The translations under genes and the position numbers were made by a program. DNA of 64,000 bases from contig OX597815.1 of the NCBI GenBank assembly GCA_951406725.2, forward strand, positions 27,218,001 through 27,282,000, written 5' to 3'. The notes below the pieces were generated by a model. That model saw only the letters and a program-made list of their open reading frames with translations. It had not been told where the DNA came from and ran no database searches. The stretch comes from Octopus vulgaris (lineage: Eukaryota). Shown piece by piece: positions 36,114 through 49,620 of this stretch (position 1 is its first letter; each line of letters opens with the position of its first letter).

Positions 36114-37589
36114 GCAATGATAATAATAATAACAATGATGATGATGATAATAATAATAATAATGATAACTTACATGGATTAGACTGTTTGTTAGAGTAAA
36201 TGGTTTGCTATCTATTGTCATTCAGGTGTGAATTTAGAATGTAACCTGTTTTTATTTTTGCACGTCAAAGGAAACTGGAATAAGTAGTTATACAGGCTAC
36301 TTAGGAAAAATAGAATGTCAGAAACAAGAATCAGTTCTCTAACCTCTTAATGTTATAGACATTGCTTCTACAGAAAATGACTTATTAAATTTTTAAGAGA
36401 AATAACTCACTGAACCTTACAACAACACTAACCAACAAAGAAATGTCCTATAGAATAGGTTGGAATATAAAGAAAAAAATGAAAGCAATCTGGAAGAAAA
36501 AGTCAACAGAATTAAGTATTACAATTGTGGAAAATACAGTTGAAGAAGCACAAAGAGATTATACATACATACCATGCATAGTTACATATTTACAATTACA
36601 CACATACACACATACATACATACATACATACATACATACATACATACATACATACATACATACATCATCATCATCATCATCATCATTTAACGTCCGCTTT
36701 CCATGCTAGCATGGGTTGGACAATTTGACTGAGGTCTGGCTAACCAGATGGCTGCACCAGGCTTCAATCTGATCTGGCAGAGTTTCTACAGCTGGATGCC
36801 CTTCTTAATGCCAACCATTCCAAGAGTGTAGTGGGTGCTTTTACGTGCCACTGGCACAAGGGCCAGTCAGGTGGTACTGGCAACGGCCATGCTCAAATGG
36901 TGTTTTTTATGTGCCACCTGCACAGGAGCCAGTCCAGTGGCACTTGCAATGACCTCACTCAAATGTTTTTTTATGTGCCACCAGCACAAGTGCCAGTAAG
37001 GCAACGCAGGTAACGATCACGCTTGAATGGTGCTTCTTACATGCCACTGGCACAGAAGCCAGTCAGCTGCTCTGGCAATGATCATCCTCGGATGGTGCTC
37101 TTAGCGCTCCACTTGTACGGGTGCCAGTCATCTAATTTGATTCGATTTCACTTGCCTCAACAGGTCTTCGCAAGCAGAGTTTAGTGTCCAATATCAAACA
37201 TAATAACATAAAGCAACGTAAACATCAAAACAAGAAAAAGATTTTTAAATGTATAGCCCAATGTAAAGCATGGAAATGGTGGAAAAGAAAAAAATCATGA
37301 ATTATGAAGATGGATAATATGAAGAATTTGACAGGCTTGATATACATTGATCAAAGCTCAGTCCTCAGTTCACCCCCATTCATCAGAGAGTACCACTTTA
37401 GCATGTTGTCTACTTGGGCATTTACACTTTAGTGTGTAATCTAGTCTTAACCTTAAACCTTAACCCTATTCCTAGCCCAGATCAGGTTATTTCACAGACT
37501 ATGTAGTAGACTATGGATACTATGGTAGACCACATGCTAAAGTAGCACCTATCAGAGTCCTATAAACTATCACAGAGAAGTTTAAGATT

Positions 37590-37882
37590 GGATATCCTTG
37601 GAGTTCAACAAGGTTCAGTCCTTAATCTTCTTCTGTTCATGATAGTCCTACAGCCATCACTGAGTAGTTTAAAACTGGATGTCCATGGGAACTCTTTTAC
37701 TCGATTCAGTCATTTGACTGTGGCCTTTAGTCAAGCAGATCGACCCCAGGACTTACTCTTTGTAAGCCTAGTACTTATACTATCGGTCTCTTTTGCCAAA
37801 CTGCTAAGTTACGGAGACGTAAGCACACCAGCATAGGTTGTCAAGTGATGTTGGGGGGACAAACACAAACACATACACACAC

Positions 37883-37937
<55 letters not shown>

Positions 37938-38720
37938 CGACGGATTTCTTTCAGTTTCTGTCTACCAAGTCCACTCACAAGGCTTTGGTTGGCCCGAGGC
38001 TATAGTAGAACACACTTGCCCAAGGTGCCACGCAGTGGGAATGAACCTAGAACCATGTGGTTGGTAAGCAAGCTACTTACCACACAGCCACTCCTGCGCC
38101 TATGAGCATGCCAGAAATAATTTCTTTGAAATGCCTAGGTGGAACACTAGAAGTAGCTAACCATTTTCGTTACCTAGTAGGTGCTATAAGCAAGAGAGGT
38201 GGTTACTCTGAAAGTATAGTAGCCAGAGTAAGAAAGGGTTAGAGAAATTTCAGGGAGCTATTATTGCTGCTGACAACAAAAGTCTTTTCACTTAGAGTGA
38301 AAGGCAAATTGTGATGATGTTTGTGCTATAACTGCAATGTTGTGTGGTAGTGAGATATGGGTCCTGAATGCAAAGGACTTGAGTAGATTGGAAAGAAATG
38401 AAGCAAGCATACTTCATTGAATGTGTAATGTAAATGTACATGAATGACATAGTATAAATGTATTGAGACAAAATCTAGGCTTAAGAGGTATCAGATGTAG
38501 AGTGCAAGAAAGAAGACTGCACTGTCATGGACATTTGGTTCGCATGGATGAGAATAGCTGTATAAAGCTGATCACTTAACATGGATGGAGACTGTGGAAA
38601 AGGAAAATCCAGGAAGACATGGAACAGAATGGCAAAAGCTAATCTCAGAATCTTGAACTTCACAGAACAGATGACAAAAGACCAGAATGAGTGGCGATAT
38701 GCCTTTCTGAAGAAGACCTG
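37590..38720 (+). mobile_element. RTE-clade LINE RT/C-terminal relic interrupted by a family B SINE (37695-38101, minus strand)
   Basis: GVQQGSVLNLLLF (ORF 37588) and LEVANHFRYL...IVARVRKG (ORF 38057), followed by GSE.W-type RTE motifs. Confidence 0.75.
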
Positions 38721-39687
38721 TTCACCTCAACGAAACCAAGTTCTGGTAGCATAGTGTGTATGCGTATGTATATACACTCTGTACATCTCTCATCCTCCTC
38801 ATGCACTGTGTCTACCTCCCTATTCCCCACCCACACCTGTGACCTACCCAACATCATGTCACCTCTTTATTGTCCTTTTTCTCTCTACTGTATCATCTTT
38901 ATTATTCCACTGCTCAAGGAGCATCACTCATCTCTTACAACTCTCTTCCCCTTTGCCCATTATGGGGTGGGGGTCACCCCTCCTCTCACTCATACCCTTT
39001 TGTAACCTCCAGCAACTGACACATGATCCTGTTCCCTCTACTTCACACAAATTTACCCACCTCATACCTTGAAGGTCTACCCTCATATCTCATCACCCCT
39101 ATTTTTATCCCTTTCCATCTCCACCTAATTACTCCCACCCTCTCTTCTTTAAACATGAGTAGTCATGTAGCTCCTCTACAACAAGAAACCTGTTCTGCTC
39201 TGGCACCGTCTCTTAAACTTTTGTCTTGCAAGCTGCATGGCAACCTCACTAGTGTTGGTGCCATGCAAAAAGCACCCAGTACATGCTGTGAAGTGTTTGG
39301 CATTAGGAAGAGCTTCCAGCCATAGAAACCATGGATCTTGTCAAGCCATCCAACCTATGCCAGTATGGAACAGGGACATTAAATGAAGATGATGATGATG
39401 ATGATATAAGGACAGCTCAAAACAGATGATACTTGGTTGACAATGAGAAAAATACATGAGAGATAACACAATAAATAATATAAGCTCTTCTTTAATTCCT
39501 GCTTTCTACCAAAGTGTAGACCTCTACAGTTTGATAATTTAATGTAGTTAAACAGTTTCTGTTTACTTTCAAAAATTCATAAAAGCACAAGTTTGAATGA
39601 GACAGTAATTCACATAAAGGAAATTTCGTTTACAACATTTATAAGAATCAAGGTTTGAGTTAAATGTGTTCTGCATTTAACTCAGTT

Positions 39688-39985
39688 GAAGAAGAAGAAG
39701 AAGAAGAAGAAGAAGAAGAAGAAGAAGAAGAAGAAGAAGAAGAAGAAGAAGAAGAAGAAGAAGAAAAGCTATAAAACAAATGAAATCCAAACTAAACTAG
39801 AACAGCAATGGACCATGATAAAACAATGGCAAGAAAAGCCCCTTTATGGAAAATACTGGGCTAAACTAAATGCAAAAGAAATAGACAGAGAAAAATCCCA
39901 GCAATGGTTGAAAAGCTCAGGACTCAAAGCAGAGACTGAAAGATTTTTAATTGCAGCACAAGACCAAAGCCTCCCCACCAGAAAA
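39688..39985 (+). mobile_element. (GAA)26 run plus an internal fragment of the R4/Dong-like LINE
   Basis: 39766-39983 is near-identical to about 35140-35357. Confidence 0.85.
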
Positions 39986-40260
39986 AGCAATTTGTGATAG
40001 TTGATGTGCATGTGTTTTTGAAATGAAGTTCTTTTGGATCATAGACAGCTAGCGTAAAGGTAAAAATGTTACTGAGATAGCATTTGGTGAAGAAATCTAA
40101 CAGAATCAAAATAAAACAAACCATTGTCTTTCATATTTCACATCTTAGATTAGTTAAACAAGAGTAGACAATAATAGATCCTTTGGGTAATTATTCTGGT
40201 TGAGAGCTGACGAAGAAAGTGAGAGGGTTCTGAGTTGAGTTCCTTAATGTAATCAATAAG

Positions 40261-40640
40261 TGGAGGCGCAATGGCCCAGTGGTTAGGGCAGCGGACTCGC
40301 GGTCATAGGATCGCGGTTTCGATTCCCAGACCGGGCGTTGTCAGTGTTTATTGAGTGAAAACACCTAAAGCTCCACAAGGCTCTAGCAGGGTGGTGATCC
40401 CTGCTGTACTCTTTCACCACAACTTTCTCTCACTCTTACTTCCTGTTTCTGTTGTACTTGTATTTCAAAGGGCCGGCCTTGTCACTCTCTGTGTCACGCT
40501 GAATATCCCCGAGAACTACGTTAAGGGTACACGTGTCTGTGGAGTGCTCAGCCACTTACACGTTAATTTCACGAGCAGGCTGTTCCGTTGATTCGGATCA
40601 ACCGGAACCCTCGTCGTCGTAACCGACGGAGTGCTTCCTC
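40261..40640 (+). mobile_element. tRNA-derived SINE (OR-like head, second tail type)
   Basis: Same ~190 nt head as the 13351 copy with a different 3' half. Flanked by AATGTAATCAAT (about 40246 and 40644). Confidence 0.85.
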
Positions 40641-40811
40641 CCCAATGTAATCAATGGATGGCTGAGCAGTACTGCTTTTTCATTGGTTCAATAAACCAAT
40701 GATAAATGAGGATAAACAACTAAAACTTGAGTTGATTGCATGCCAGTTGCTACATGCATCTTTTATCGTTTTTGTTTTTATCAATATTTTTTTATATTTT
40801 TTTTTTTGCAG

Positions 40812-41024
40812 GAGCATTATACAGAGATTTGTCAAAAGCATCTGAAAAGGCTGATGATAAGGTTCTACCTCAAACTACCTTCAATTATACTTGGATAATT
40901 GAACCCTTTGATGGCCCAACCGAGGATGATGCTGATTGTCTCCCTTGGATGTATCACTCTCACATTGAACCAGTTATGGATATGAATGCTGGCCTTATGG
41001 GAATGTTGATTCTCTGTAAAAAAG
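40812..41024 (+). CDS. Ferroxidase coding exon 3 (second HxH motif, disulfide Cys pair)
   Basis: Poly-T plus CAG acceptor. GALY...DCLPWMYHSH...GLMGMLILCKK. Donor G|GTAAAG. 213 nt. Confidence 0.96.
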
Positions 41025-41212
41025 GTAAAGAACATGATGTATGTTTTGTTTGATTAGAATGGAAAACACATTTTTTAAATATCTCAATATCTTTTATCAC
41101 TTAATAACAAACATTTGTTTGATTGGTAAAATTACTTTTAATAAGATTCCAGTTGGCTGAGTCATTAGGATGTTAACTTGGTGAAAGAATGAGGAATGTC
41201 ACTACATGATAT

Positions 41213-41440
41213 CTATTTCTATATTACCCACAAGGGGCTAAACACGGAGGGGACAAACAAGGACAGACATAGGTATTAAGTCGATTACATCGACCCCAGT
41301 GCGTAACTGGTACTCAATTTATCGACCCCGAAAGGATGAAAGGCAAAGTCGACCTCGGCGGAATTTGAACTCACAACGTAACGCAGACGAAATACCGCAA
41401 AGCATTTCGCCCAGCGTGCTAACGATTCTGCCAGCTCGCC
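41213..41440 (-). mobile_element. Family A SINE monomer
   Basis: Flanked by TCACTACATGATATC (about 41198 and 41442). Confidence 0.9.
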
Positions 41441-43527
41441 ATCACTACATGATATCATATCACCACTGCTATACCATATCTTGAGCAATGAGATGCTACG
41501 CTAAGAAAAAAGAAGTTAAGACAGTCATGGTTGGAATGCCTTTGACTATAATTGTGTTCAGTCAGGTCCACTTTTGGGGTTAACAATAACTACAACAATC
41601 ATAATACTTTGTTGTATTATCAAGTGGAAACTACCATTAATAGTTCTATAATAAATGGCTCCTCCCTCTCATGTTTCCATCACCATTGCTGCACCATCAA
41701 TGATTTCATTATCACTAGATTCATTATCTTTACCACCTCCACTAGCCACCCAGGCAATGGTTTTATCACCACTAACTCCCACTCCCTACATGCTCCACCC
41801 ATTACAGGCTCCACCCACTGCTGGCCACACTGCAACTAACTCCACCACCACCAATGATTCTATTATTACCAATATTGATATCATCAATAGGATGTGCAAC
41901 ATTTAACACTATCCCAAGCAAGGTAGTTGTGCAAAATATCCTGTTTACAGTTGTTTATAATTCTTTTTAGTTAAAGAAAATAATTAACTTAGTTGATGTT
42001 CAGTTGACAACAAATCCAAGAAGATTTTACTTTGTATCCTGGTCATTGTAGTGTGTTGTATCTATGGTGAAGACACTTGGCTCAGGTGTCTTCTTAAAAG
42101 ATACTACAGGTGGTATAATTTGCTGTTGGTTCTAGTAAAAGCATATTAAAAACTGGTAAGTATTTCATTTACATTGCCAAGTTCAATACTCATCACAGGA
42201 AAAGCTGACTGTGATTAATCAGAGAACAGCGAATTATCTTTCATCCCTTTATGTTACACGAAAAGCCAGCATCCTGTTAATAGTTTGACTTCTGTGACGT
42301 GAACCGTGACAGCTCTGGCTACTGAGACACAAGCAGATGATTTGACAGTCTGTTCGGGATGACCTTGGCAAGGACCTTACCAAGCACTGAGAGCAGTATA
42401 ACAGCCCTATAATCATTGTAGTTGTGGTCTCTGATCCTCCCTTTTCTGCTCTGTAGTTGTGAGACTTGACACTGTCCAGGGCCCTTAAGAACCACCTGAA
42501 CTCATTTGATGCCAGGATACTTCACAGGATTATGGGTTGCCATTGGTCAGATTTTTTTATGCAACCAACGACCCTACACAGATGCATCCTGTTACTTGTA
42601 TGATTTGGGAGTGCTAACTCAAGCTGTGTGGCTATGTTGCTTCAGTTTTCAAGTTAAACCCTGCTTATTGTGTCCTTTTCACTGAGGACCTAGTTGGACT
42701 GATGGCTTGTGTTGGTCGACCACATGCACATAGTCACAGCAGATGAGGAGGTATCTCATGGGGATGGAGACTAATTGGAACTCTTCACAACAGGTCACCT
42801 GGGAGGGCTTGGGAATATACTGACAAATGGTGAGTGCAGGAACACACTACAATGGCATATGCCCTCACATTTGACCTGACCTCCTAATGGTACCAGAAAT
42901 CAAGAAATCCTTATGACTCAAAGAAGAAATTAGCATTTCTCTTGAGACATTTCCTAACCTCTTCTATATTTTATATCTTATCTCTATTTTAGCCACTACT
43001 GCCTTTTTCACCTACATATTCCTGAAAGTTACTATTTTCTTCTTTCACCTCAACTCTGAATTTTAGCATCATTACTCTGGCTACTGACAAACACTAACTC
43101 TACCACTAAGCTAACACCATTTAAGCCAGGCAGAGGCAAACTGCAGCCCACAGAACTTTCTGAATGGCATACCCACCTGATGATGAGCTATCACATGCTG
43201 TCTACTTCTTGCCCATGCCTGATTTAAACATACCACAATTTTTAGCCTACCACCAGTGCTGCCCCATGTCCATGGGCAAAGCGCATAACTCTAAAAATAG
43301 CCTAGTCCACATAGTTACAAGGCACCATGAATATACACAGTTCACTGCTGTGAGTAGCAGAACTATGATTGATATAATTGGTGTTTCTTTAGCTTACAAT
43401 ACTGAATTCAAATTCTGCCAGAAATATTTCTTGAAGGAGGATAATCTCTGCTATGCTAACTTATCTAATGTACACTGTATAAAGTCGACATTTTCAAAAT
43501 GTAAATCAATGCATTTGACTTATATTC

Positions 43528-43940
43528 TTATTTCTCTATTGCCCACAAGGGGCTAAACACACAGGGGACAAATAAGGTCAGACAAACGGATTAAGTCGAT
43601 TACATCGACCCCAGTGCATAACTGGTACTTAGTTTATCGACCCTGAAAGGATGAAAGGTAAAGTCGACCTTGGCAGAATTTGAACTCAGAACATAGCAGC
43701 AGATGAAATACCTATTTCTTTACTACCCACAAGGGGCTAAACACAGAGAAGACAAACAAGGACAGACAAACGGATTAAGTCGATTATATCGACCTCAGTG
43801 CATGACTGGTACTTATTTAATCGACCCCGAAAGGATGAAAGGCAAAGTCGACCTTGGTGGAATTTGAACTCAGAACGTAACAGCAGACGAAATACCACTA
43901 AGCATTTCACCCGACATGCTGTTTCTGCCAGCTCGCCACC
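43528..43940 (-). mobile_element. Family A SINE dimer
   Basis: The junction reads GAAATAGGTATTTC on the minus strand (43705-43718). Confidence 0.88.
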
Positions 43941-44466
43941 TTATTCTATTTACTGTATATTCTATATACTGTATCCACTCATTTGACTTATATTCTATTT
44001 ACTGTATCCACTCATCACCTACCTCTAAGCTAGCTCTTTTGCTTTATTCACCTTATCTCTATCATCATCATCATTTCACTCTGTCTATTATTTATTACCT
44101 CTATACACCTTTCCTCTATTCCTGTTATTTGAGGCAATTGAAATCTCATGTCTGCAAAATGTCTTTACATTATAACAAAATCTGTTTTGAAATTATAATG
44201 CATGACTGTAATTAATAATGAAAAAAGGCAAATTAACAGGATTGTGGCATCTGTGAATTCAAAGATCTAATACTAATAAATTCTATATTTATCCAAATCT
44301 GCTATAGCCACTATTCATACAGAGTATACCTATGATTACACCCACCCACACCTCTATTTTTCTCACAATTATCTACTTCTCTTAACTGCATTTGACTTAC
44401 AACTTCCATCAAATAACTGCCAGCAGTATCCAGTCAGCTTCTGATTATTTATACCAAACTCACATA

Positions 44467-44631
44467 GGCGCAGGAGTGGCTGTGTGGTAAGTAGCTTGCT
44501 AACCAACCACATGGTTCCGGGTTCAGTCCCACTGCGTGGCACCTTGGGCAAGTGTCTTCTACTATAGCCTCGGGCCGACCAAAGCCTTGTGAGTGGATTT
44601 GGTAGACGGAAACTGAAAGAAGCCCATCGTA

Positions 44632-44662
<31 letters not shown>

Positions 44663-44888
44663 GCGTGCGTGTGTTTGTGTGTCTGTGTTTGTCCCCCTAG
44701 CATTGCTTGACAACCGATGCTGGTGTGTTTATGTCCCCGTTACTTAGCGGTTTGGCAAAAGAGACCGATAGAATAAGTACTGGGCTTACAAAAGAATAAG
44801 TCCCGGGGTCGATTTGCTCGATTAAAAGGCGGTGCTCCAGCATGGCCGCAGTCACATGACTGAAACAAGTAAAAGAGTAAAAGAGAGT
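44467..44888 (+). mobile_element. Family B SINE, full length
   Basis: Runs from GGCGCAGGAGTGGCTGTGTGG through the tail GTAAAAGAGTAAAAGAG, with an internal (TA)n(TG)n. Confidence 0.9.
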
Positions 44889-45015
44889 ATTGGATTAAAA
44901 AAAAAAAAAAAAAAAAACAAAAATGAAACAACATGCTAATTCCCTAAGCCCTTAACAATTATCTTTAAAACAGCAACACCTTAACCTCAGCTTTATTTTT
45001 TACCTTACTATGCAG

Positions 45016-45313
45016 ATAAAACATACAATCCCGAAAACACCCAGCATTTGTTGATGAAAGTTATGGACGAGAATTTAAGCTGGTACCTTGATGATAACAT
45101 TAAGATGTTTCTAACTGAAAAGGTTGATCCAGAAGATGAAGATTTCCAGGAGAGCAACAAAATGCATTCCCTAAACGGCCTTATGTATGGCAACTTGAAG
45201 TTGAAAGCTTGTGTTGCTGACAAAGTCACTTGGTATTTGATGGGAATGGGGAATGAAGTGGACATACATACACTTAATGTAAATGGTCATTCCTTTGATT
45301 ATAATCATCACAG
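45016..45313 (+). CDS. Ferroxidase coding exon 4 (domain 2)
   Basis: CAG acceptor. DENLSWYLDDNI...DEDFQESNKMHSLNG...MGNEVDIH. Donor AG|GTAAAA. Phases 1 and 2. Confidence 0.96.
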
Positions 45314-47978
45314 GTAAAATCATTTTCTTTCTTACTGTTCTCAGTTTCACCTGACAATCAATGAGGTGCATAAAGAATTGAGCTACTTTTCTCTCAAAAG
45401 TTCTGATTTCAAACTGATCATTTAGCAATGCAGTTATTGCTTGACAGGTAAAATTCTTCATTCTAAATACTAACTAAAATAGGTGATAATAGATATCACT
45501 CCAATTTCAAGATTACTAAGAAGCAATTCAGGGATATTCACTCATCACCCACCTTTTAATAAGCTCTTTTCTTTTATTCACCTCATCACCATCATCATCA
45601 TCATTTACCTCTGTCTACTATTTATTACCTAATAACTGTCAACACATATATTCTTTTTTCCAGATTCTTGAGATCTTTTACTTAAATTTTGACTTGTCAT
45701 TGATTTTCTAGAATTCTTTAAGCACAATAACAATGTTTGCCTTTGGTAATGTCAGTTATAAACACATTTTTGTTTGTTGATAACCATAAAACCAATTTAG
45801 CTATGTTCAAAGTTTGAAAGTCTTTTTAATGTTGAAAGTGTATAATAGTTTTGTTTATATTTTGTTTTTCAAAACCTTTTCAGTTCTCTATTGATGCTAC
45901 ATGTCAGAAACTTGAGAGCAATCCTTTGAACATAGATTTCAATGGAACTGATAGCATACTTTGTCAATTGATGCTTATAATTCATCTGGACTAGTATTTT
46001 GCAGTCACTGACTGCATGCATAGAATCCATCTCCTTGTCACAAAATTAGCAATTGTCTGTCTCTTAAATGGTATCTCTCTCTCTCTCTCTCTCTCTCAAA
46101 TTTGCATTGAAATGCTTAATCTTAGAAATATAATGAATAAAAAGTGGCATGCTTCTGGGTTACAACCTGTCACATGGTCGGGTCGTTGGTGACTAAACTG
46201 GCAACCCCATCAAGCTTGCTTGGTGAGGAGGGTCATTGTTGGGCACCCTGTGGGATGGAAAATAAGACCTGTCAAAGGGCGGAAGAACTACTGTGTAGTC
46301 AACAGCCAATTCAACAAGTACCTTGTCGCAGTGAAGTGCCTGTGTTCTCCATTGACCCAGGGAACTATGCTGGAGGGAAAAAAATCTTCAAGCAGGCCTT
46401 ACCAGGCCAGACAGGTCAAAGGGTAGGAGACAGACAAAACCTTAGCAACAATAAATCGAAGCATTGGCAGTAGGGTGTGGATTTAGTTATTGGCAGAACC
46501 TAACAGACCAGATTCCTGGCTTTGAACCAGCAGGATGTCATGCAGAGGATCTTGAATACAAGACAATGGATGAGACCCTAATATTCTTAGCTAGATGGAA
46601 ACTGTGGGACCACATGGAGCAGCGCCCTGTGACTCCTATAGTATGCACAACCGAAACCCCTATGTGGGTGTCCTAAGGGATGATGAGATGAGATGAGATG
46701 ATGATGCTTCTGAGTTTTTCTTTCTGCTTGTGCTGAATAGTTTTGAAGTGAGACTCAGTTCACACAATCTGATCCTACTCTTTAGACTTGGAGGTCTGGT
46801 GCAGTGACTCAGTGGACTAAGTCATCTGTGCTGACCATCAAGTTGTAGGTTTTTGCATTGGAGTAGCCTTCTGAACTGCTTTACAGGGCTGGAGAGCTCC
46901 ACCTGCACTGGTCTAATATTATTACTGAAATATACTCACACATATGGGAATCTAGCATTTTAAATGAACACCATAGAGTTGTGCTAAACTCCCAGCAAGA
47001 TATGACCATGATGTCATTACTTGTAAGTGCTATTTTATTATGCTTATACGGCTAATACCCTTGGAGAATATGATAACTTCTCTCTTCTCTGATTTCCCTT
47101 CTCCAAATATTTCATATTTCATATTTCATGCCTATTTAAGGAATATTTATTTGGATCAGTTGAATCATAAATATGTCAAACAAAAGCCATGTTTCATTTG
47201 TTTCATCTGTGCCACTGAATTCAACTTTGCCTGTATTTATCTGAGGTCAGTAAAATAGAGTACCATTCAACTACTGGGATCAGTTTCACTAATCCCTCTC
47301 CCACTAGATTTTGTAGTTTTGTCCCTATATTACAAATTATTATTATTACTACAAAAAGTACTGAAATAGTATGGTGCCAAACTAAATACTTTGTGTTGGC
47401 AGAGTCATTAGAGCATCAGAAAAAGTTCCTTGTGGTATTTGTGTAGCACTTTATATTCTGGTTTCAAATTCCACCAAGGTCAGCTTTTATCTCTCTGAGG
47501 TCAATAAAATAAAATACTTGTGAAAAATACTGTGGTCAATGGTATCAACTGACCTCTTTTCAAAAGTACTGGCCTCATGTCTAAATTACAGTCTAATTGA
47601 CTGATGAACAATTATCTTTAGCAGACAAACTATTACATTAAAAAAAATCAGAAACATTTCATACATGGAATGACAGATGCCATGTTGTGTTAGTGGTAAC
47701 TAAATTATCCAGTCAGTGATATATCTTTGTTTCAAGTCCAAACATCGGGTTTTCTGCACTTCTCCTGTCTCAATTTGCTGTATATAATGTCTGGAGAAAA
47801 TATGTTTAAAATTAAAATAATTAATAGCTATTTACTTAAGAAGCAGTCATTTAATTTCATTTTATTCTATTTTTTTTTCTTCCTTCAAATTCATGCTTCT
47901 TTCTTTCTGAAAACAAATTAATTTCTAAATATTGTTAAATTTTTATGCTGAGAAAACATTTTATTTTGCTGTACAAAG

Positions 47979-48085
47979 GAAAGACTCCATCAACTTGTAC
48001 CCAGCTGAATTCAGTGTTGCAACAATGGATATCAATGGTGAAGGATCATGGCTAGTCAAATGTCATGTACATGACCATTATGTGG
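47979..48085 (+). CDS. Ferroxidase coding exon 5 (type 1 Cu Cys and His of domain 2)
   Basis: AAG acceptor. KDSINLYPA...GSWLVKCHVHDHYV. Donor G|GTAAAT. Phases 2 and 1. Confidence 0.92.
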
Positions 48086-48502
48086 GTAAATATCTTCTAC
48101 TTTTATTGCATCTTTTAATTCTTGTCTAATCACAGTAGGAATACCTTCAAATTCATTGGTTTAGAGCTAAACCAATGAAAACCTCATCTGCATAAGTTTA
48201 TTCAAGAGAGCACTGTGATTTCTTGTAGCTCTCTCTTGCATAGTGAACTCAACGAACAAAAGAGCCCCCTGTTGGTTCTTGCAGAGGCTCTCCACACTCA
48301 CACACACTCCACTTCTTAGATTGCACTGTATGGGATCCATTATATAGTTGTCTTTTATTTATTTTTATTTTTTTGATTTGCAAATGTATGTTTTCTTCCT
48401 GTTATTTTTTTTTTAATCCAGCAAATTATTGGGTTTGAAACTAGAAAATTATAGACTAAGATCTTAACATTTTAATTGATGAAAATAAATATTGTATTTT
48501 AG

Positions 48503-48668
48503 GTGGCATGGAAACCTTGATGGAAGTATTGTATTGTAACAAGTCCAATGACATTAGCACCAATTCTAAAATTGTAACATACTATATTGCGGCTGAAGAA
48601 GAAGAATGGAGTTACTCAAGAAATGGCATGAACCCCTATGATGGTGGATCTCTCACAGACCCTGAAAG
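48503..48668 (+). CDS. Ferroxidase coding exon 6 (axial Met, start of domain 3)
   Basis: TAG acceptor. GM...TYYIAAEEEEWSY. Donor AG|GTCAGC. Phases 1 and 2. Confidence 0.93.
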
Positions 48669-49620
48669 GTCAGCACTTTATTTTCAAAATTATTTTTAAA
48701 GTTTTGCATCTAGTTCTTTTTTGGTTTTGTTTTGTTTGTTTGTTTTTGTTTGTTTTAGTCAAGGAAGGCCTGGAAATATGTTGGACAGTATTTCACTGTC
48801 TACAGGATCATTAATACCAAAAGAAAAGAAAAAGAATCCATATGCAAAAGTGCTATGATTAAGTGAATATGGCAAATGATTCTTGGAGAATGGACTCAGT
48901 ATGAGGGAACTATCATTACTTTATATTCCATGAATTTTGTCTGGAGGTAAGGGATTTGATCAATAAGAAAATTGCTGGTCAAAGACATCATGTATCAAAC
49001 CAACATGAAGAATACCTTACAACCAAAATATATTTAAAAGTTAAAGGAATTCCAAAAATGTTGATCATTCTTGCTACTTGTAATCCAATTTATGAATAGG
49101 TTAAATATAATTATCAAACCATTATTAAGTTTGTTTGCTCTCTGTATTTCTGTTGAGTAATCAAAAAATCAGGAAGGGGAAAAAGAATTTTTTAAAAGTT
49201 GTAATTTTGACGAAGATTTTTTTTTCAGAATCTTGAGCTTCATATTTTTAAATGTGGAATTCAACAAAAAAAAAAAAAAGGGAACAGAAAATCAAATATT
49301 GGAAAGCTGTTTGTTGGAGGATGTACAAAATCGTAATTTCCACTGTTGGAAGTAAAGGAATCTGAAGAAATTTTTTTTTAAATGCATTGAGGGCAGTGGG
49401 GGAGGGGCATACAATGCTTATTCAACACATCTGGCTAACTTCTTATATAGTTTAACAGTGCATCCTGTTTATAACTTTGTAATATCTCTATCAAAATTAA
49501 ATTGGTGAGAGGTGGAGAGCATTGAATAAAATTGTCCAAGAAATCAGTTTGAAATTCAGTAATTAATTTTTTAAAACATACTGTATTGTTTGCTTTGCTT
49601 TTCTTTTTTTTCCCCACCAG

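Noticed and set aside
39686-39997. Poly-lysine ORF
   Set aside because: A GAA microsatellite fused to a LINE fragment.
46144-46676. Cluster of 68-109 aa ORFs in intron 4 as a nested gene
   Set aside because: No recognisable domain or splice structure. The region resembles a decayed retroelement non-coding end with a short (GAT)-type tail.
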